DNA of 35,514 bases from Candidatus Kaiserbacteria bacterium RIFCSPHIGHO2_01_FULL_58_22 (lineage in GTDB: Bacteria > Patescibacteriota > Minisyncoccia > Phycocordibacterales > UBA2100): the NCBI GenBank assembly GCA_001781445.1, contig MFLB01000021.1:1-35514 (forward strand), read 5' to 3'. The notes under the pieces were generated by a model, which worked only from the letters and a program-made list of their open reading frames with translations, searched no databases and was not told the DNA's origin. A program made the translations under genes and the position numbers. Positions 32,163-35,514 of this stretch are shown one piece after another. Position 1 is the first letter of the stretch, and the number at the start of each line of letters is the position of its first letter.

Positions 32163-33569
32163 TCAGGCGATCCTTCGCGCTATGTACGCCCCGACCGCTT
32201 CGTTATCCGGCGGAAGAACCTCGAAATGTTCAGGCATATTGGCGAGTTTTCGGAAGCTCTCCGGCATCGGCGGCTCTTGTCCGACGGCCTCGCGTATCGT
32301 CGCGGCGAATTTCGCGGGCCGGGCCGTTTCTAGGCAGACGAGAGGTACCCCCTTTTCGCGATGCTCGAGCCCGACCTTGACGCCGTCGGCGGTGTGCGGA
32401 TCGATCAGGACGCCGTACTTCTCATGGAAGGCACGGATTGTCGCGAGCCTGTCCGCGTGCGTCGAGGAGCCGGCGACGAAGCCGTCTTCGGCAAGGCGCG
32501 CGAACTCGCCCGCCTTCGACACGTCGAAGTATCCGTTTTCCTTGAGGTCGCTCCAGAGCTTCGCCATCCGCCCGACATCGCGCCCGACGAGGTCGAACAC
32601 GTAGCGCTCGAAATTCGACGCCTTCGAGATGTCCATGGAGGGGGAAGAGGTCGCGGCGACTTCCGAGCCCTTGCGGGGGCGATAGACGCCCGTCTTGAAG
32701 AATTCTTCGAGCGCGTTGTTCTCGTTGGTCGCGAGGATCAGGCGCCGGATCGGAAGGCCCATTCTCTTTGCGATGTATCCCGCGAGGATGTTGCCGAAGT
32801 TGCCCGTCGGCACGGCGAAATCTGGCTCGCCGTTTTCGCGAGCGACGCGGACGCAGGCCCAGAAATAGTAGACGATCTGCGCCGCGATGCGCGCCCAGTT
32901 GATGGAATTCACCGCACCGAGCTTGTAGCGCTTCTTGAATGCCGCATCTTCGTTGAGCGCCTTCACGATGTCCTGGCAATCGTCGAACGTGCCGCGGATC
33001 GCGATGTTAAAAATGTTGGGATCGGAGAGAGTGTACATCTGCCTGCGCTGGAATTCGCTCATCCTGCCGATCGGCGAGAGCATGAACACCCTGATGCCTT
33101 TGCGGCCGCGCAGGGCGTACTCGGCCGCTGAGCCAGTGTCTCCCGAGGTTGCGCCCAAAATGTTGAGAGGCTCGTTCCGCTGTGCCAGCGTGTGCTCGAA
33201 GAGGCGGCCCAGAAGCTGTAGCGCGATGTCTTTAAAGGCGAGCGTCGGCCCCTCTGAGAGCCCGAGAAGGTAGAGGCCTTGTTCGAGTTTTTTGACGGGC
33301 ACGATCTCGTCCGTGCCGAAGACCTCTTTCGTGTACGTCCCGTTCACCATTCTTCGCAGGTCGCCGGCGGGAATATCGTCCATGAATTTCGAGAGGAGGG
33401 CGAACGTGAGTTCGGGGTACGCCATCGAACGCATCGCTGAGAGCTCGCCGGAAGAAACCTGCGGATATTCCTCCGGCACGTAGAGTCCGCCGTCGAGCGC
33501 AAGCCCTTCAAGGAGAATATCGCTGAACCGTTGCGGCTCACCCCCGCCGCGCGTCGAGACGTAGCGCAT
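32163..33569 (-). CDS. thrC: Threonine synthase
   Basis: MRYVSTRG, GLA.DGGLYVP, GPTLAFKD PLP-Lys, ATSGDTGSAA, NSINWARI, VPTGNFGN, SPSMDI.KASNFER. Confidence 0.96.
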   Translation of the reverse strand: MRYVSTRGGGEPQRFSDILLEGLALDGGLYVPEEYPQVSSGELSAMRSMAYPELTFALLSKFMDDIPAGDLRRMVNGTYTKEVFGTDEIVPVKKLEQGLYLLGLSEGPTLAFKDIALQLLGRLFEHTLAQRNEPLNILGATSGDTGSAAEYALRGRKGIRVFMLSPIGRMSEFQRRQMYTLSDPNIFNIAIRGTFDDCQDIVKALNEDAAFKKRYKLGAVNSINWARIAAQIVYYFWACVRVARENGEPDFAVPTGNFGNILAGYIAKRMGLPIRRLILATNENNALEEFFKTGVYRPRKGSEVAATSSPSMDISKASNFERYVFDLVGRDVGRMAKLWSDLKENGYFDVSKAGEFARLAEDGFVAGSSTHADRLATIRAFHEKYGVLIDPHTADGVKVGLEHREKGVPLVCLETARPAKFAATIREAVGQEPPMPESFRKLANMPEHFEVLPPDNEAVGAYIARRIA

Positions 33570-33570
33570 G

Positions 33571-33999
33571 TTAGAGCTTCAGTTCGTAGACATTCGTATC
33601 ATGCAAGATAAATCCGAGTTTCTGGTACAGCTTGTTCGCCGCCACGCGGTCGGAGCGGCTGCTTAGATTTATCCACGCCGCGCCGCGCGCTTTCGCGCGC
33701 TCGATCAATTTTTCCGAAATTGCCTCTCCCAACCCCTGCCTTTGATATCGCGGGTCAACTACGACATCCTCGATCCTCGCGGCTATTCCCTCGGGCCGCA
33801 AAACGAGCGCGAGCGTCCCCATAGCGGCGATGGTCTTACCTTCCTTCCCTACCCATAGTTCTGTTTCCGGACTCGCGAGTATTTTCCGCAGAAGCGCGGG
33901 CGAGCATCCTTTGAGGCGCGAAGAGAGCAGCCGCACAAGAGCGCCGATCTGGCCGCATGTGGCCCGATCCGCCGTCCGCAAACGCGTAATGACCGCCAT
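33571..33999 (-). CDS. GNAT-family N-acetyltransferase
   Basis: IEDVVVDP.YQRQGLG, LSS...R.AANKLYQKLGF. Confidence 0.88.
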   Translation of the reverse strand: MAVITRLRTADRATCGQIGALVRLLSSRLKGCSPALLRKILASPETELWVGKEGKTIAAMGTLALVLRPEGIAARIEDVVVDPRYQRQGLGEAISEKLIERAKARGAAWINLSSRSDRVAANKLYQKLGFILHDTNVYELKL

Positions 34000-34043
34000 A
34001 TCGTCCTATCCTACTTCGAGACAGCGTCAGCTACAATAGAGAG

Positions 34044-34631
34044 GTGAAACGCACCGGAGCAGTTGCTATTTTTCTGCTTTGCATCGGAGCCGCGTTCGTA
34101 GCAGGACTTTGCTCCGGAAAAAAGTCCGATGTGCCGACTGCTCCGATGCCGCAAGTTGCCGCCGCCCTGCCCACTGTTGCTTCGAACCCAGCGACAACAC
34201 AAGAAAAGGCGGCTCTGTACCCGGTCGTGAAGGTCGTGGATGGCGATACGATCGACGTCTCGGTGAACGGGGAGAAAATCCGCGTTCGGCTCATCGGATT
34301 AGACACGCCGGAGATCGTTGATCCGCGAAAGCCGGTGCAGTGTTTCGGGCGCGAGGCGAGCGAAAAAGCGCATGAGATACTAGACGGAACATCGGTTCGC
34401 CTTGAGATGGACCCGTCGCAGGGCGATCTGGATAAATATGGCCGCACGCTCGCATACGTCTTTCTAAAGGACTGGACGAACTTCGCTGAACTCATGATCA
34501 CCGAGGGCTACGGCCACGAATACACGTACAACCTCCCGTACAGATACCAAGCCGAGTTCAAAGCCGCCGAAGCGGAGGCGCGGGAGGAGAAAAAAGGCCT
34601 GTGGGCGGGAGCGTGCGGGAGCCCGCCCTAA
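34044..34631 (+). CDS. Thermonuclease (SNase) family protein with N-terminal signal or anchor
   Basis: VVDGDTI, VRLIGLDTPE, DKYGRTLAYV, AE..AR..KKGLW. Confidence 0.93.
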   Translation: MKRTGAVAIFLLCIGAAFVAGLCSGKKSDVPTAPMPQVAAALPTVASNPATTQEKAALYPVVKVVDGDTIDVSVNGEKIRVRLIGLDTPEIVDPRKPVQCFGREASEKAHEILDGTSVRLEMDPSQGDLDKYGRTLAYVFLKDWTNFAELMITEGYGHEYTYNLPYRYQAEFKAAEAEAREEKKGLWAGACGSPP

Positions 34632-34693
34632 TGATGAAGACTGCATCCACAGTTGACCAATAGAGCCAAACTAAGTCGAGGTATAATTTTCAG

Positions 34694-35514
34694 GTGTACT
34701 GTCTCGCACGAAGAATTTTTTTACCGAGTGTTTTCTTGCTCCTTGCACTTTCTGCCATGGCGACATTCGCGGCTCCTTCGCATGCAGAGATCGTGAATTG
34801 TGGCGAGACGCCAGAAAACCTTTTGTGCAAGGCGCTCGACGAAGCTTCCGAACGATACGGCGGCTGTGATGAGAATCCCTTTCTCTATCTCGAACAGCGT
34901 CATTCTGGCAATCGATCCAATAGTTTTGTAACCCCTACTGCCGATGGAACGAGGGGACTCGATACCGCTCTCGCCTGTCGATTGAAAAAGCTACTCGAGT
35001 TTGCAGAATCAAAAGGATGCCGCCTTACCATCAACAGTGCAATGCGACCGGAGCAAAGATGCAATCCAAATGGAGGCGCGTGTGCCCGGCAAGGCAATTC
35101 ATGTCACCAGTATGGGCGTGCCGTCGATCTTGGAGGCGCTCCCCAATGCCTTGCCTGGCTTACGTCCGTAATCGGAAGACAGAACAGCAACTCTCCTTTT
35201 AAACTACAAGTCGCTTATGTAGAGAACGGCAACTATAGGCATGTGCAATGTAGTGAACATCCAGTAGCTAATGCCAGCTCCGCTGGAGGTTGCAGGAGTG
35301 CCTGCATAGGTGGAATAAGCATTAACCCAGAGCATCTATCGAACATACCCGGCCCCGGGTCTCTTTCACCTTCGTCGAGGATCTCAAACGCCGCGCGGGA
35401 CATATTGAGTCCGGCACAGCAGATGTGCGCGCTTCCCGACGGTACCGTGGTTCCGTGTTCGGCGATCGCGAATCGCAATGCTCCTCCGCCGGGAGCCGCT
35501 TCGGGAGGAACGGC
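34694..35514 (+). CDS. Secreted Cys-rich protein with peptidase M15-type zinc motif (partial, runs off the window)
   Basis: TATAAT-N6-GTG; frame open to the window end; signal peptide ending APSHA; INSAMR, SCHQYGRAVD (SxHxxGxAxD) and RHVQ motifs. Absent from the ORF track because it has no stop. Confidence 0.8.
   Translation, partial: MYCLARRIFLPSVFLLLALSAMATFAAPSHAEIVNCGETPENLLCKALDEASERYGGCDENPFLYLEQRHSGNRSNSFVTPTADGTRGLDTALACRLKKLLEFAESKGCRLTINSAMRPEQRCNPNGGACARQGNSCHQYGRAVDLGGAPQCLAWLTSVIGRQNSNSPFKLQVAYVENGNYRHVQCSEHPVANASSAGGCRSACIGGISINPEHLSNIPGPGSLSPSSRISNAARDILSPAQQMCALPDGTVVPCSAIANRNAPPPGAASGGT

Noticed and set aside
34721-35478. Short minus-strand ORFs at the right end
   Set aside because: Antisense to the continuous + strand peptidase frame starting at 34694

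Overview
This is a bacterial chromosome segment in genetic code 11, mostly GC-rich with AT-richer patches. It most likely comes from a Patescibacteria/CPR (Parcubacteria-like) organism; that is inferred from DUF5652- and DUF5674-like genes, tandem secreted peptidoglycan-binding proteins and pervasive leaderless gene starts. From left to right it holds an AT-rich C5-methyltransferase/LexA-like island, a TPP-riboswitch-led thiamine uptake/salvage operon, GNAT-hicA-hicB, and an ilvD-ilvC...ilvB-ilvN cluster broken up by accessory inserts. Next come alr, recG, three secreted PG-binding proteins (one with a blue-copper domain), tRNA-Ile(UAU), malic enzyme, pyrC, ftsH, smpB and tmRNA. The right end has a repeat-rich accessory tail with two small GIY-YIG nucleases, thrC, a GNAT, a thermonuclease and a partial secreted M15 peptidase. 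Four signals stand out. (1) Three small elements share CCCGTT..AGA terminal inverted repeats and 4-bp TT(C/G)A target duplications. They sit on start codons or a -35 box and regenerate them, and the longest is filled by a GIY-YIG gene. (2) An unannotated leader peptide with six consecutive Val codons and a terminator/antiterminator pair lies before ilvB. (3) In three places an intact gene is followed by cargo and then a synonymously diverged copy of that gene's 3' end. (4) Four TTAGG direct repeats cover the promoter of the lexA-methyltransferase unit. Family names come from motif recognition only; no searches were run.
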